IMG/VR virus record: IMGVR_UViG_3300031454_000009
Span: 1 to 48,272 of that record
Direction: 5' to 3' (one strand)
Length of the DNA stretch: 48,272 nucleotides
Source of the DNA: a virus
Lineage: Duplodnaviria; Caudoviricetes
In this document: piece by piece, positions 16,396 to 26,022 of the stretch
Layout: every line of letters begins with the position of its first letter
Position numbering within the stretch: the stretch's first letter is position 1
The notes under the pieces: model-generated
Told to the model about the DNA's origin: nothing
The model's input: only the letters and a program-made list of their open reading frames with translations
Database searches by the model: none
Made by a program: the position numbers and the translations under genes

Positions 16396-16622
16396 TGCAG
16401 ACCGTGGACATTCTGGCCATCGCAGTGTGGCGGCGCTCGGTCGCCGATGAAGCGGTACAAATCTACGCGCGATACCGGCTCCTGCCTGATCTTGTCAGTG
16501 ATGAGCAAATGCAACGCGCCATCAACGAGCGCATCGCCGCGCATGAGGATCACGCGCGAGTTGCAAATCTGATCGTGGCGCTGGGTTGTCCATTCCCGGT
16601 TGGAGCGGAGCGCGTGCCATGA
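16392..16622 (+). CDS. Hypothetical protein
   Basis: ATGA overlaps. Confidence 0.55.
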   Translation: MMQTVDILAIAVWRRSVADEAVQIYARYRLLPDLVSDEQMQRAINERIAAHEDHARVANLIVALGCPFPVGAERVP

Positions 16623-16801
16623 CCGCAGACGCGCGCATCGGCCTGTCCCACCCCGGTGGCGACGTGGGCCACGACGAGCGCCGCACCGGCTGGCGGCTGG
16701 GCGTGGCTGCCGTGTGGCGGCTGATGCAGCGCCAGTCCGCGCCGTGCCGGGCGTGCATGAGGCTGGTGGAGGAGCTGGGGAACGCGGGGCCGCCGCCTTG
16801 A
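16619..16801 (+). CDS. Hypothetical protein
   Basis: ATGA overlap; CRAC motif. Confidence 0.5.
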   Translation: MTADARIGLSHPGGDVGHDERRTGWRLGVAAVWRLMQRQSAPCRACMRLVEELGNAGPPP

Positions 16802-17502
16802 ATGCACGCCCCTGCCTCGTTGACCCGGACGGACCCGACGCCGAGTACGTGGCACGGTTCCGCCGTGACCTGTTCCGCGCCAAGGGAGGGCTGTTGGTGA
16901 TGATGCTGATGCGAGAGGGCCGCGTGGCGGATCGAAAGGCTGAGCGCGCCCGCGTGCTGGCGCTGATTGCGCCTAGCCCTGCCGGTCCTGACGGCGCCGA
17001 TCACGGCATGGACCTTGGCCCGGCAGCCCATGCACGCAGCACGTCCATAGAGCGGGTGGGCGGCACGCTGCGGGGCGCAGGCCAGCGCGAGGCAACGCCG
17101 ACCTACGCGCGGCGCGTGGACGCTTCCACGCTGTTCGAGCGCATGTCCATGGCCGGTCAGCTATCCGACCGCCAGGCACGCGCCGGCATGGTCATGCTGC
17201 GGCTCTCCCGCATGGCGGGAATGGCGGGCAGTGTCACGGCTAGGCTGCCCGTCATGCCTATGCCTGGCCCCGATGACGAGGAGCGCGATGATGCCGATCC
17301 GTTGGTGCCCGAGGGCTGGGACGCCAGGACGTGGCACCGCCACCTCCTGCGGCAACTGCCGGGACACATGGCTTCGATGGTGGATCGCGCCTGCGACTGG
17401 ACGCCGGAGCGCCAGGCCGGGCATCCAGGTATCCGATTCATCGCTGTGTTCCAACTGGCGCTGACGCGGCTGGCCGACCTACTTGGCTTGCCGAAGGAGT
17501 GA
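16798..17502 (+). CDS. DUF6456 / GafZ-like late transcription regulator (Q position)
   Basis: STLFERM..GQLSDRQARAG..VTA..LLRQLPGHMASMVDRAC..FQLALTRLADLLGL; lies just before the late promoter; start uncertain. Confidence 0.65.
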   Translation: MNARPCLVDPDGPDAEYVARFRRDLFRAKGGLLVMMLMREGRVADRKAERARVLALIAPSPAGPDGADHGMDLGPAAHARSTSIERVGGTLRGAGQREATPTYARRVDASTLFERMSMAGQLSDRQARAGMVMLRLSRMAGMAGSVTARLPVMPMPGPDDEERDDADPLVPEGWDARTWHRHLLRQLPGHMASMVDRACDWTPERQAGHPGIRFIAVFQLALTRLADLLGLPKE

Positions 17503-17508
17503 TGAACC

Positions 17509-17775
17509 ATGTTTCTATGCGGCGACTACGAAGCTGACGTTGGCGAGATCACCGTTACCAAGGAGTATGCCTGCCGAACGTGCGGAAGGCTTTGCTTCCT
17601 TGGTGTGAAGGGGAGCGGGCGCGGGAAAGGCGCTCTGGCTGCGAATTTTACAAATCGGACCATAGCCCTCTTTCCGTCCATCAAGGAGATGCGAAATGCC
17701 GAATGCCGTAGGATGGCTGACGGGGCACGCCCATGGGTGGACAAGTTGTTAGCCTCCTACGGCTATGTCGAATGA
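17509..17775 (+). CDS. Hypothetical protein, lower GC
   Basis: AAGGAG upstream; CRTCG motif. Confidence 0.5.
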   Translation: MFLCGDYEADVGEITVTKEYACRTCGRLCFLGVKGSGRGKGALAANFTNRTIALFPSIKEMRNAECRRMADGARPWVDKLLASYGYVE

Positions 17776-17829
17776 CCCTTGACAAGGGCGTGAGAACGCA
17801 CGATAACATGCACACGGAACACTTGCGTC
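17776..17829 (+). promoter_or_regulatory. Late promoter (PR'-like) with conserved element, copy 1
   Basis: TTGACA inside the palindrome CCCTTG-A-CAAGGG, 17 nt, GATAAC; CACGGAACACTTGCGTC at 17813-17829. Confidence 0.7.
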
Positions 17830-17836
17830 CACTTGT

Positions 17837-17872
17837 AACCCGCCCAGGCAACTGCGGCGGGTTTGTTGTTTG
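17837..17872 (+). terminator. tR'-like intrinsic terminator
   Basis: AACCCGCC-CAG-GCAA-CTG-C-GGCGGGTT followed by TGTTGTTT. Confidence 0.75.
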
Positions 17873-17881
17873 TGGCCTCTG

Positions 17882-18223
17882 ATGGCGCAGCGTCGGACAC
17901 CATCCAGGCTGACAAACCTGGCCCCTCGGATGACCGTGCTGAATGCCGCTACGGCAAAGGTGCCGGACAAGGTCGCTGAGCCATTTTACCTCTCGGCGGC
18001 GTGGCGCGGCTTAATGGCCGACCTGCTAACCCGGCGCGGCAGGCAGTGCGAGGACTGTGGGCGCACAGGGTGCCGCATTTTCGGGGACCATGTGCGGGAG
18101 TTGAAGGACGGCGGAAGCGCTCTGGACCCGGCGAATGTTCGTTTACTATGCGGATCGTGTCACGGTCTAAAAACGGCGGCTGTCAGGGCTGCTAGGGTTT
18201 TGGCGCGGCACGCCCGCGCGTGA
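17882..18223 (+). CDS. Terminase-associated HNH endonuclease (HK97 gp74-like)
   Basis: FYLSAAWR..QCEDCG..DHVRELKDGG..NVRLLCGSCH..KT; upstream of terS. Confidence 0.9.
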   Translation: MAQRRTPSRLTNLAPRMTVLNAATAKVPDKVAEPFYLSAAWRGLMADLLTRRGRQCEDCGRTGCRIFGDHVRELKDGGSALDPANVRLLCGSCHGLKTAAVRAARVLARHARA

Positions 18224-18384
18224 CGCATGACCGCGCGCCAGCCTTGCATCTTCCGCATGGTTTGCGCTCATCGCATGGGTAGGGGGGTATGACGGCAGAA
18301 ACGCCGATACCCTTGGAACCGCATTAGGCTCACGCAGAGATTTTGGCCCGTTGATCCCCGTTGATACCTTTCATAGGTGAACCC
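18224..18384. other. Putative cos / packaging region
   Basis: Non-coding gap between HNH and terS with GGGTAGGGGGGT, three CGCATG and tandem CCCGTTGAT. Confidence 0.55.
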
Positions 18385-18678
18385 ATGCCGAGAGGCGGAG
18401 CGCGTCCCGGCGCAGGTCGGCCAAAGGGCAGCAAGAACCTAAGCATATCAATAGACAAGCCGATTCTAGACGGTATCCAGCCGTTGGATTTCCTTCTTTC
18501 GCTAGTTGCCAATCCGGATGTTCCGCCCGCCCTCCGGTTTGAGGCAGCAAAAGCGGCTGCTCCCTACGTGCATCGCAAGTTGGCTCCGCTTCCTGCCCCG
18601 AAGAGCGTTGAGGACGATCCTCGTGTATTGGAGGACGCGGGTTGGGAGGACGATCTGGCCGCCGTCCGGCCTAATTGA
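18385..18678 (+). CDS. terS: Terminase small subunit
   Basis: MPRGGARPGAGRPKG..PLDFLL..RFEAAKAAAPYVH; TGATG coupling to terL. Confidence 0.85.
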   Translation: MPRGGARPGAGRPKGSKNLSISIDKPILDGIQPLDFLLSLVANPDVPPALRFEAAKAAAPYVHRKLAPLPAPKSVEDDPRVLEDAGWEDDLAAVRPN

Positions 18679-20357
18679 TGACATGGGACCTGTCCTGTCC
18701 AGATTGGCAGGATCGCATCCGCATCGGCAAACCTTTGGTGCCCGATCTGCCGCTGAACATGGTGGCGGCAGAAGGTGCAGTGCGTATCTTCAACCGTCTT
18801 CGCTTGGCGGACGTGCCTGGTAATCCGACGCTCGCAGAGGCTTCCGGCGATTGGTTCCGCGACATCGTGCGGGCGCTGTTCGGTTCCTGGGATGAGGCTA
18901 CGCGGGTTCGACACATTCGCGAGGTGTTTGCCCTTGTGCCGAAGAAGAACAGCAAGACCTCCTACAGCGCGTTGCTCATGCTGACGGCGCTGATCCTGAA
19001 CAAGCGGCCCAACGGCAAGTTCTTGCTCGTCGCACCCACGCAGGACGTTACCGAGCTGGCGTTTGATCAGTGCAGCGGCGCTATAGACCTGGATAGCTAC
19101 TTATCCAAGCGCATGAAGGTGCAGACCCACCTCAAGACGATCACGCACAGGGAAACCGGCGCGACGTTGGAGGTGATGAGCTTTGATCCGAATGTGCTGA
19201 CCGGTCAGAAGCCGACCGGTTTCTTGGTGGACGAGCTGCACGTCGTATCTAAGTCGGCGAAGGCGCCTAGCGCGGTTGGCCAACTTCGAGGCGGCATGAT
19301 CGCACAACCCGAGGCGTTTGGTGTGTTCATCACCACGCAGTCCGAGCAATCCGCGGTAGGCGTGTTCCGCAGCGAATTGCGCCGTGCCCGTGCCGTTCGG
19401 GACGGCACGATGCAGGGTCCGGTGTTGCCTGTGCTGTATGAGTTCCCCCGTGACATAGCAGAAACGCCGGATCGGTGGCGCGACCCAGCGTGTTGGCACA
19501 TGGTTACGCCAAACGCCGGACGTTCCATTACCGTGGCACGGCTCGTGGAGGAGTTCGCCACGGCTGAACAGCTTGGCGTAGAGGAAGTGCAGCGATGGGC
19601 GTCGCAGCACCTCAATGTTGAAGTCGGTCTGTCGCTGCTGTCGGACCGATGGGCAGGTGCTGACTACTGGGAAAGCCAGGGTGATCCCGCCTTGACGCTG
19701 GACGAACTGTTGGCCCGCTCGGAAGTCGTAGTTGCGGGCGTGGACGGCGGCGGTCTCGACGACCTCTTGGGCTTGGCAATCTTGGGTCGGGACCGGGTAA
19801 CGCGCGACTGGCTGCACTGGGGTCACGCATGGGCGCATCCGGTCGTCTTGGAGCGTCGCCAGTCTGAGGCGCCTCGCCTGCGCGACATGGCGCGGGCTGG
19901 CGACCTAACGATTGTGGACGGTGTTGGCCAGGACATCGAGCAGATCGCGGACAGGATCGCTGCTGTGGATGAGATGGGACTGTTGGCCAGCGTCGGGCTG
20001 GACCCGATGGGGATCGGGGCCATTGTGGACGCACTGGCCGAGAGGCACATCCACGGCGCTGATCGGATCATCGGCATTCCTCAAGGCTGGCAGATGGTCG
20101 GCTCCATCAAGACGGCCGAGCGGAAGCTGGCGGACGGAACGCTGCGCCACGGCGGGCAGGCGATCATGGCTTGGGCTGTAGGAAACGCCAGGGTCGAGCC
20201 AAGAGGGAATGCCGTGACCATCACGAAGCAAGTCGCCGGCTCGGCCAAGATTGATCCCCTGATGGCCATGCTGAACGCCGTCGCCCTGATGAGCCGCAAT
20301 CCCGAGATCAAGCGCATGGACGTGGGTGCGTTCCTGGATAACCTGATCGTCGTCTGA
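18678..20357 (+). CDS. terL: Terminase large subunit
   Basis: VPKKNSKT Walker A, LVDELH Walker B, GVDGGGLDDL, KIDPLMA. Confidence 0.95.
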   Translation: MTWDLSCPDWQDRIRIGKPLVPDLPLNMVAAEGAVRIFNRLRLADVPGNPTLAEASGDWFRDIVRALFGSWDEATRVRHIREVFALVPKKNSKTSYSALLMLTALILNKRPNGKFLLVAPTQDVTELAFDQCSGAIDLDSYLSKRMKVQTHLKTITHRETGATLEVMSFDPNVLTGQKPTGFLVDELHVVSKSAKAPSAVGQLRGGMIAQPEAFGVFITTQSEQSAVGVFRSELRRARAVRDGTMQGPVLPVLYEFPRDIAETPDRWRDPACWHMVTPNAGRSITVARLVEEFATAEQLGVEEVQRWASQHLNVEVGLSLLSDRWAGADYWESQGDPALTLDELLARSEVVVAGVDGGGLDDLLGLAILGRDRVTRDWLHWGHAWAHPVVLERRQSEAPRLRDMARAGDLTIVDGVGQDIEQIADRIAAVDEMGLLASVGLDPMGIGAIVDALAERHIHGADRIIGIPQGWQMVGSIKTAERKLADGTLRHGGQAIMAWAVGNARVEPRGNAVTITKQVAGSAKIDPLMAMLNAVALMSRNPEIKRMDVGAFLDNLIVV

Positions 20358-21676
20358 TGTGGAAATGGCTCACCAAGGCGCTGGGAACGCCCGGCGCCAG
20401 CGGTGCGCCCTTGAACATGCGGAGCTTCCACACGACCGATCCCGCCCTGGCCCGGATCGTGTCCGGCGGACTGGACAGCGCATCGGGCAAGAACGTCACG
20501 GTGGACACCGCGCTGCAACTTGATGCGGTGTGGGCCTGCGTCCGGCTTATCAGCCAGACCATTGCGACGCTGCCCTTCATGGTGTTCAGGCGCGACGGCA
20601 CGGGCAACCGCGGCGTGGCCGCCGATCATCCGCTCTACACCCTGCTTCACGATCAACCGAACGCAGACATGACGGGGGTGGAGTTCTGGGAGGCGATGGT
20701 TGCCTGTGTCCTGCTATGGGGCAATGCCTTTGCCATCAAGTCAAAGAACGCGCTGGGGGACGTGGTTTCGCTCACGCCCATACCTCCCGAGCGGGTGAAC
20801 GCGCGTCGCCAGCCTGACGGTTCGATCCTTTACATCTACTCGCCATACAACGCGCAGATTGAGGAGATACCGGAAGACGACCTGTTCCACATCAAGGGAT
20901 GGTCGCTGAACGGCCTGCTGGGCATGTCGGTCATCCAGTATGCGCGTTCGTCGCTCGGCACCGCGATGGCGGCAGACGAGGCAGCAGGCAAGTTCTTTGC
21001 CAACGGCCTGCACCTGTCCGGCTTCATTGAGACCGGCGGCGCTGTGATGGACGACGTGCAGCGCGAGCGGTTCAAGGCCGAGCTGCAACAGCTCCGGGGC
21101 AGCGGCAACACTGGCAAGACGATGCTGTTGCAGGGGAGCCTGAAATATAACTCCCTGTCCCTGTCGCCGGATGACGCGCAATTGCTGGCGACGCGCGAGT
21201 TCAGCGTCAATACGATCTGCCGCTGGTTCCAGGTTGACCCGTCCATGATCGGGCATTCAAGCGGGGGTCATGCGGTCGGCTCGGCCCTTGAGCAGCAGAT
21301 GCTGCGGTTCCTGACCCTGACGCTTTCGACGTGGCTCAAGCGGATAGAGCAGCGGGTCAAGATGTCGCTTATACGGCCAGAGGAACGGGCCAAGATTTTT
21401 GCGGAGTTCAACGTCGAAGGGTTGCTGCGCGCGGACAGCGCCGGACGGGCTGCCCTGTATGCGGTCTATTCGCAGAACGGCCTCAAGACGCGCAACGAGA
21501 TACGCGATTTAGAGAACGATCCCCCAATGGACGGCGGCGATGCGCTGACCGTGCAAAGCAATCTTGTGCCGCTGGGCAAGCTCGGCCAGCAGCCCACCGC
21601 TCAAACGCCCGATGGGTTCGGGCACCCCCCGCCGCCGCAGTCGCAATCCGCGGCGCAACAGCCTGTGAGGCAGTGA
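20357..21676 (+). CDS. HK97-family portal protein
   Basis: AVWACVRLISQTIATLP..LLWGNA..DAQLL..LLRADS..NEIR. Confidence 0.96.
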   Translation: MWKWLTKALGTPGASGAPLNMRSFHTTDPALARIVSGGLDSASGKNVTVDTALQLDAVWACVRLISQTIATLPFMVFRRDGTGNRGVAADHPLYTLLHDQPNADMTGVEFWEAMVACVLLWGNAFAIKSKNALGDVVSLTPIPPERVNARRQPDGSILYIYSPYNAQIEEIPEDDLFHIKGWSLNGLLGMSVIQYARSSLGTAMAADEAAGKFFANGLHLSGFIETGGAVMDDVQRERFKAELQQLRGSGNTGKTMLLQGSLKYNSLSLSPDDAQLLATREFSVNTICRWFQVDPSMIGHSSGGHAVGSALEQQMLRFLTLTLSTWLKRIEQRVKMSLIRPEERAKIFAEFNVEGLLRADSAGRAALYAVYSQNGLKTRNEIRDLENDPPMDGGDALTVQSNLVPLGKLGQQPTAQTPDGFGHPPPPQSQSAAQQPVRQ

Positions 21677-22569
21677 TGGACGAAGAGACCTTTGTCGCCG
21701 CGATGGAACTCAAGCTGGCGGACACCAGTGCCGGCGGGCAGCCGGGCGAGCTTGAGGGCTATGGGGCGGTTTTCGGAAACGAGGACAGCCACGGCGACGT
21801 GATTCTGCCGGGTGCCTTCGCGTCCGCGCTAGCTCAGCACAAGTCGGCCGGCACGATGCCGACCATGTACGTCGAACACGGCCCGGTGCTGGGCGGCAGC
21901 ACGTTGCCGGATGGCGTGTGGACGGAAATGGTCGAGGACAAGAAGGGCCTGCGGGTCAAGGGACGGATCAGCGCCCTGGACACCGATCACGGGCGCCGCA
22001 TCCGCGCGCTGGTAGGTGACGGGGCGCTCAAGGGCCTCTCCATCGGCTACCGGGTGGGTGCCGGGAACGCGATCATCGGCAAGAAGGCCGGCGAGCCGCG
22101 GCGGCAGATCAAGGCGCTGGACCGGCTGTTTGAGGTTTCGCTGGTCACGGCGCCGAGCAATTCGCGGGCGCAGGTGGACAGCATCAAGACCGTCCTGGCG
22201 CTAGCCGACAAGGAGAAGGCCGCTCACGCCGTCGCATCCGCTCTCCTGCTGCATCGCTCTTCAATGGCCGGCGGCGATAGCCCTACGGCTGCGGAGCGTA
22301 CCGGGCTGCTGACACACCTGATGGACGCTCACGAGGCCATCACCGGCAAGCGGATGCCGGAAGGCATGAAGGCGATGCCGGCCAACGTCGAAGAACTCAA
22401 GATGGAACTCAAGGGCTTCGGGTTCTCCGAGCAGCAGGCCGCAGACATTGCCGCCATGCGGTTCGCAACCACCCCGCCAGTTGGCGGCAAGGGCCAGGGA
22501 AACATTGCCGCCACCCTGGTTGCTGAACTTGGCGGACTGTCCGGCTTCAATCTTCCCACCTTGCGCTAG
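21676..22569 (+). CDS. HK97-family prohead protease
   Basis: EGYGAVFGNEDSHGDVILPGAF..GLSIGY..LFEVSLVTAPSN. Confidence 0.94.
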   Translation: MDEETFVAAMELKLADTSAGGQPGELEGYGAVFGNEDSHGDVILPGAFASALAQHKSAGTMPTMYVEHGPVLGGSTLPDGVWTEMVEDKKGLRVKGRISALDTDHGRRIRALVGDGALKGLSIGYRVGAGNAIIGKKAGEPRRQIKALDRLFEVSLVTAPSNSRAQVDSIKTVLALADKEKAAHAVASALLLHRSSMAGGDSPTAAERTGLLTHLMDAHEAITGKRMPEGMKAMPANVEELKMELKGFGFSEQQAADIAAMRFATTPPVGGKGQGNIAATLVAELGGLSGFNLPTLR

Positions 22570-22582
22570 GAGCGCCACGCAC

Positions 22583-23893
22583 ATGACCCGTCCCGTTATC
22601 GCCGCGGCGCTGCCCGGTATCGGCCTCAGCCTGTTCGCCCAGCATGGCCACGCCTTCGGCCATCGTGCGCGCGTCGTGTTCGCCCCCGATGCCGATCCCA
22701 CGCCCGAGCAGCAGATCGGCACCCTGGCCGTGGACCTCAAGAAGGCGACGGATGAGGTGAAGCGGTTTGCCGAAGGCGCCAACACTGAGATCAAGAACCT
22801 CGGCAAGGTGACGGAAGAGACGAAGGCCAACGCCGATAAGGCTCTGGCCGAGATGAACGGCATCTCCACCCGCCTGACCGACCTAGAGCAGAAGATGCAG
22901 CGCCGCGGCGAGCATCAGCCTGTTGAGCATAAGTCCATCGGCCGCATGGTCGTGGACGCGGAGGAGGTGAAGGCGTTCAGCGCATCCGGCGGCCGGGCCG
23001 GTTCCCGCGTGACCGTGGAGGTGAAGAACATCACCTCCGCGTCCGTGGCAGGCACCTCCAGCACCACGGCGCTGGTGGCGGCTACCCGCGTGCCCGAAAT
23101 CATCATGCTGCCGAACCGCCCGATGACAGTGCGCCAGCTCCTGATGCCTGGCACCACGAACAGCGCCAGCATTGACTATGTGAAGGAGACGGTCTTTACG
23201 AACAATGCCGCGATGGTGCCGGAAGGCACCCTGAAGCCGCAATCCGATATGTCTTTCGGCATCCAGAACGTGCCCGTGCGGACCATCGCGCATTGGGTGC
23301 TGGCCTCCCGCCAGATTCTGGCCGACGCGCCGATGCTGCAGAGCTACATTGACGGGCGGCTGCGCTACGGCCTCAGCTACGCCGAAGACTTGGCCCTGCT
23401 GCTGGGCGACGGCACCGGCGCCAACCTGCTCGGCCTCATGCCGCAGGCAACCGCCTATGCACCGCCGGCCGGCGTGACGGTGCAGAACGCCACCTACATC
23501 GACAAGCTGCGGCTGGCGATGTTGCAAACCACGCTGGCGCTGTACCCGGCGACCGGCATCGTGCTGAACCCGGTGGACTGGACGAACATCGTCCTGACCA
23601 AGGACACCCAGAACCGCTACATCTTCACCGATCCGCAGAACGCTGGATCGGCGCGGCTGTGGGGTCTGCCCGTCGCCGAGTCCATGGCGATGCCGCAGAA
23701 CAATTTCCTGACCGGCGCGATGCTGCTGGCGGCGCAGATTTTCGACCGCGAGGATGCCACGGTGATGATCTCAACCGAGGATCGCGACAACTTCGTAAAG
23801 AACATGGTGACGATTTTGGCCGAAGAGCGCCTGGGCCTGGCGGTTTACCGTCCGCAGGCGCTGGTCAAGGGCACCTTCGCCACCGCCCCGTAG
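22583..23893 (+). CDS. HK97-fold major capsid protein
   Basis: Coiled-coil delta domain; VPEGTLKP..TIAHW..ILADAPMLQSYIDGRL..NMVTILAEERL. Confidence 0.97.
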   Translation: MTRPVIAAALPGIGLSLFAQHGHAFGHRARVVFAPDADPTPEQQIGTLAVDLKKATDEVKRFAEGANTEIKNLGKVTEETKANADKALAEMNGISTRLTDLEQKMQRRGEHQPVEHKSIGRMVVDAEEVKAFSASGGRAGSRVTVEVKNITSASVAGTSSTTALVAATRVPEIIMLPNRPMTVRQLLMPGTTNSASIDYVKETVFTNNAAMVPEGTLKPQSDMSFGIQNVPVRTIAHWVLASRQILADAPMLQSYIDGRLRYGLSYAEDLALLLGDGTGANLLGLMPQATAYAPPAGVTVQNATYIDKLRLAMLQTTLALYPATGIVLNPVDWTNIVLTKDTQNRYIFTDPQNAGSARLWGLPVAESMAMPQNNFLTGAMLLAAQIFDREDATVMISTEDRDNFVKNMVTILAEERLGLAVYRPQALVKGTFATAP

Positions 23894-23901
23894 CCATCAT
23901 T

Positions 23902-23931
23902 GAGCCGAAGCGTCACGCGGCGCTTCGGCTT
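23902..23931 (+). terminator. Strong hairpin after the capsid gene (no U-tract; attenuator or stabiliser)
   Basis: GAGCCGAAGCGTC-ACGC-GGCGCTTCGGCTT. Confidence 0.5.
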
Positions 23932-23954
23932 GATGCTTCACTAGGGGGACCGAG

Positions 23955-24287
23955 ATGATAAAGATGAAGTCGCTGACGGTGTTCCAGAACCATCGCATCC
24001 GCACGGTGCGCGGAGACGGAGTGGCACAGGCAGGCGAGGAGTTTGAGACGGACGCCGATCACGCGCAGAGCCTGCGCCGTAGCGGCATGGCAGTGCCCGT
24101 CCGTGCCGAAGACCTTGATGGGGCGCCGGCCGCTGCCACGCCGCTTGCAGCGCCTTTCGGAAACGTCGCGCCCGAAACACTAGCGCCTGTTGCCCCTGCG
24201 CGTGCGGCACTGGCATCTGCGCCGCAACCGGTGCCCCCGCAGCCCGCGCCGTCGGTGCAGCTCGACAAGGCCAAGAAGCCCGCCTGA
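23955..24287 (+). CDS. Small post-capsid head protein
   Basis: AGEEFETDADHAQSLRRSGMA plus Pro/Ala tail; typical position. Confidence 0.7.
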   Translation: MIKMKSLTVFQNHRIRTVRGDGVAQAGEEFETDADHAQSLRRSGMAVPVRAEDLDGAPAAATPLAAPFGNVAPETLAPVAPARAALASAPQPVPPQPAPSVQLDKAKKPA

Positions 24288-24913
24288 TGCTTCGTCTAGT
24301 CACGCCGCCGCAGCGAACCCAGCTCACGACACTAGCTGCCGCGCAGACTGACTTGGGCGTTGCCGACGTACGGATTTCGGCGCTGATTGATCAGGCCAGC
24401 GAGGCTTGCGTCGCCTTCTGCGGGCGCCCCTTCGCGCAAGCGTCGTGGGAAGAAACCTTCTTCGGTGCGGATGGCCCGTTGGTGCTGTCCCGCATCCCCG
24501 TGACCGAGATCGCATCAGTGGCGAGCGGGGAATATCAGTTACCCGAGACTGACTGGACCTTTGACCAAGGCAGCGGGCTACTGCACCGCCACACTTACGG
24601 GCAGAATGGCTCCTATGGCATCGGCTATGGCCAGGGGTGGGGGTATTTCCAAACGGTAGTGAGTTATACCGCGGGCTATGTGTTGCCTGGGGGCACCAAT
24701 CCGACGCTTCCTGCGACCATAGAGCGCGCGTGCCTTGAGATGGTGCGTGCGCTCTGGTTCAGCACGGGGCCAGGGGGGCGTGACCCCACCATCCGGTCAG
24801 AGTCCGTTCAGGGGATCGGCACGACTTCCTACTTTGATCCGCAGCCGGGCACGTTCGGGCTGCCGGCCCTGGCGACCTCTCTGCTCCAATCCTATCGCAA
24901 CCTGCGGTCCTGA
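24287..24913 (+). CDS. Head-tail connector (adaptor)
   Basis: LIDQAS..FCGRPF..YTAGY..LPATIERAC..LLQSYR. Confidence 0.85.
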   Translation: MLRLVTPPQRTQLTTLAAAQTDLGVADVRISALIDQASEACVAFCGRPFAQASWEETFFGADGPLVLSRIPVTEIASVASGEYQLPETDWTFDQGSGLLHRHTYGQNGSYGIGYGQGWGYFQTVVSYTAGYVLPGGTNPTLPATIERACLEMVRALWFSTGPGGRDPTIRSESVQGIGTTSYFDPQPGTFGLPALATSLLQSYRNLRS

Positions 24914-24914
24914 C

Positions 24915-25232
24915 ATGCCCACCGTCGCCAGCATCGCCGCCAGGATTGAGCGCGAAGGCGAGGATGTCACCTTCACGCGCGGCGCACACGTCGCCACCGT
25001 GCGCGCCTTCGTGCGCGGCTACCGACCGCAAGAGCTGGTGGACGACATACAGCAGGGCGACCGAGAGATGCGGATTGCCCCGGCCGCCCTTGATGCTGCT
25101 GGATACCCCGATGCCCCAACCCGGCCTGACCAGGTGCTGATCGGGGATGCCTACGCAACCGTGCAGTCTTGCGAGACCGTCAAACTGCGCGGCGTGCCCG
25201 CCATGCACGTTGTCCAAATCCGGGGCGGCTAA
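24915..25232 (+). CDS. Head closure protein
   Basis: GEDVTF..YRPQELVDDIQQGD..VVQIRG. Confidence 0.75.
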   Translation: MPTVASIAARIEREGEDVTFTRGAHVATVRAFVRGYRPQELVDDIQQGDREMRIAPAALDAAGYPDAPTRPDQVLIGDAYATVQSCETVKLRGVPAMHVVQIRGG

Positions 25233-25654
25233 TGGCGAACGCGCTGGTCTGGGCCGACCTGCAAGCCCGCGTGGATGCGGCGCAGCTTTCATCGGGCGGC
25301 GTTGTCCTGCCGGTAGGTTGGCCCAACACGACATTTAAGCCGCCGGCCCCGCCGCGCCCTTGGGTATTGGTCGAGATGACTGGCGGTAGTGCCGAACGCC
25401 TTGAACTTGGCGATACGGTGCCGTGGCTAGATGAGGGCCAGGCGCTGGTGCATGTGCTGGTGCCGGTCAACACCGGGCTGGATGCGGCGATGGACATTGT
25501 GGATCAGGTCAAGGCCATGTTCCGGGGGGCATCGGCATCTCCCGTCCGCTATACCCGAGTGGATGCCGACCCTGGCGGGCCTGGCACCGATGACGGGTCA
25601 TTTTGGCGCACTTCCGTAACGGCCGATTGGCGCGTCCAGACCCTTTCGACTTAG
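25232..25654 (+). CDS. Tail terminator-like protein
   Basis: WPNTTFKPP..VHVLVPVNTG; position. Confidence 0.75.
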   Translation: MANALVWADLQARVDAAQLSSGGVVLPVGWPNTTFKPPAPPRPWVLVEMTGGSAERLELGDTVPWLDEGQALVHVLVPVNTGLDAAMDIVDQVKAMFRGASASPVRYTRVDADPGGPGTDDGSFWRTSVTADWRVQTLST

Positions 25655-25663
25655 GAGAGACCC

Positions 25664-25954
25664 ATGCGAACTTATGACATTCTTGACGAAAACGGCGCTG
25701 CCGTCAGCAGTCAGACGATGACCGATTCTATGGCGCCCGCGCTCATATCCGGCCAGACGGCGCAGCTCACGCATGTGGACGGTGAGCCGCTAGCCAAAAA
25801 GTCGCGGCCCGTGATCGGCGTCGGCGCTGGCGAGGATGATCTGCCCAAAATGCCGGACACGCTGGTGACAGAAGCCGCAGCCGCTGAGGCGCGTGCCGCC
25901 GCCAAGGCTGAGAAGGAAGCGGCCAAGGCTGAGAAGGCCAAGGACGAAACCTAA
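25664..25954 (+). CDS. Hypothetical protein
   Basis: AGGAG RBS; Ala/Lys/Glu-rich C-terminus. Confidence 0.7.
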   Translation: MRTYDILDENGAAVSSQTMTDSMAPALISGQTAQLTHVDGEPLAKKSRPVIGVGAGEDDLPKMPDTLVTEAAAAEARAAAKAEKEAAKAEKAKDET

Positions 25955-25982
25955 CCGGACGCTCCGGCATCCGCCTGCTACC

Positions 25983-26004
25983 GGCGCCCTCGTGGCGCCT
26001 TTTT
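25983..26004 (+). terminator. Intrinsic terminator inside the late operon, before the tail tube gene
   Basis: GGCGCC-CTCGT-GGCGCC-TTTTT. Confidence 0.65.
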
Positions 26005-26022
26005 CATTAAAGGACCACGAAC

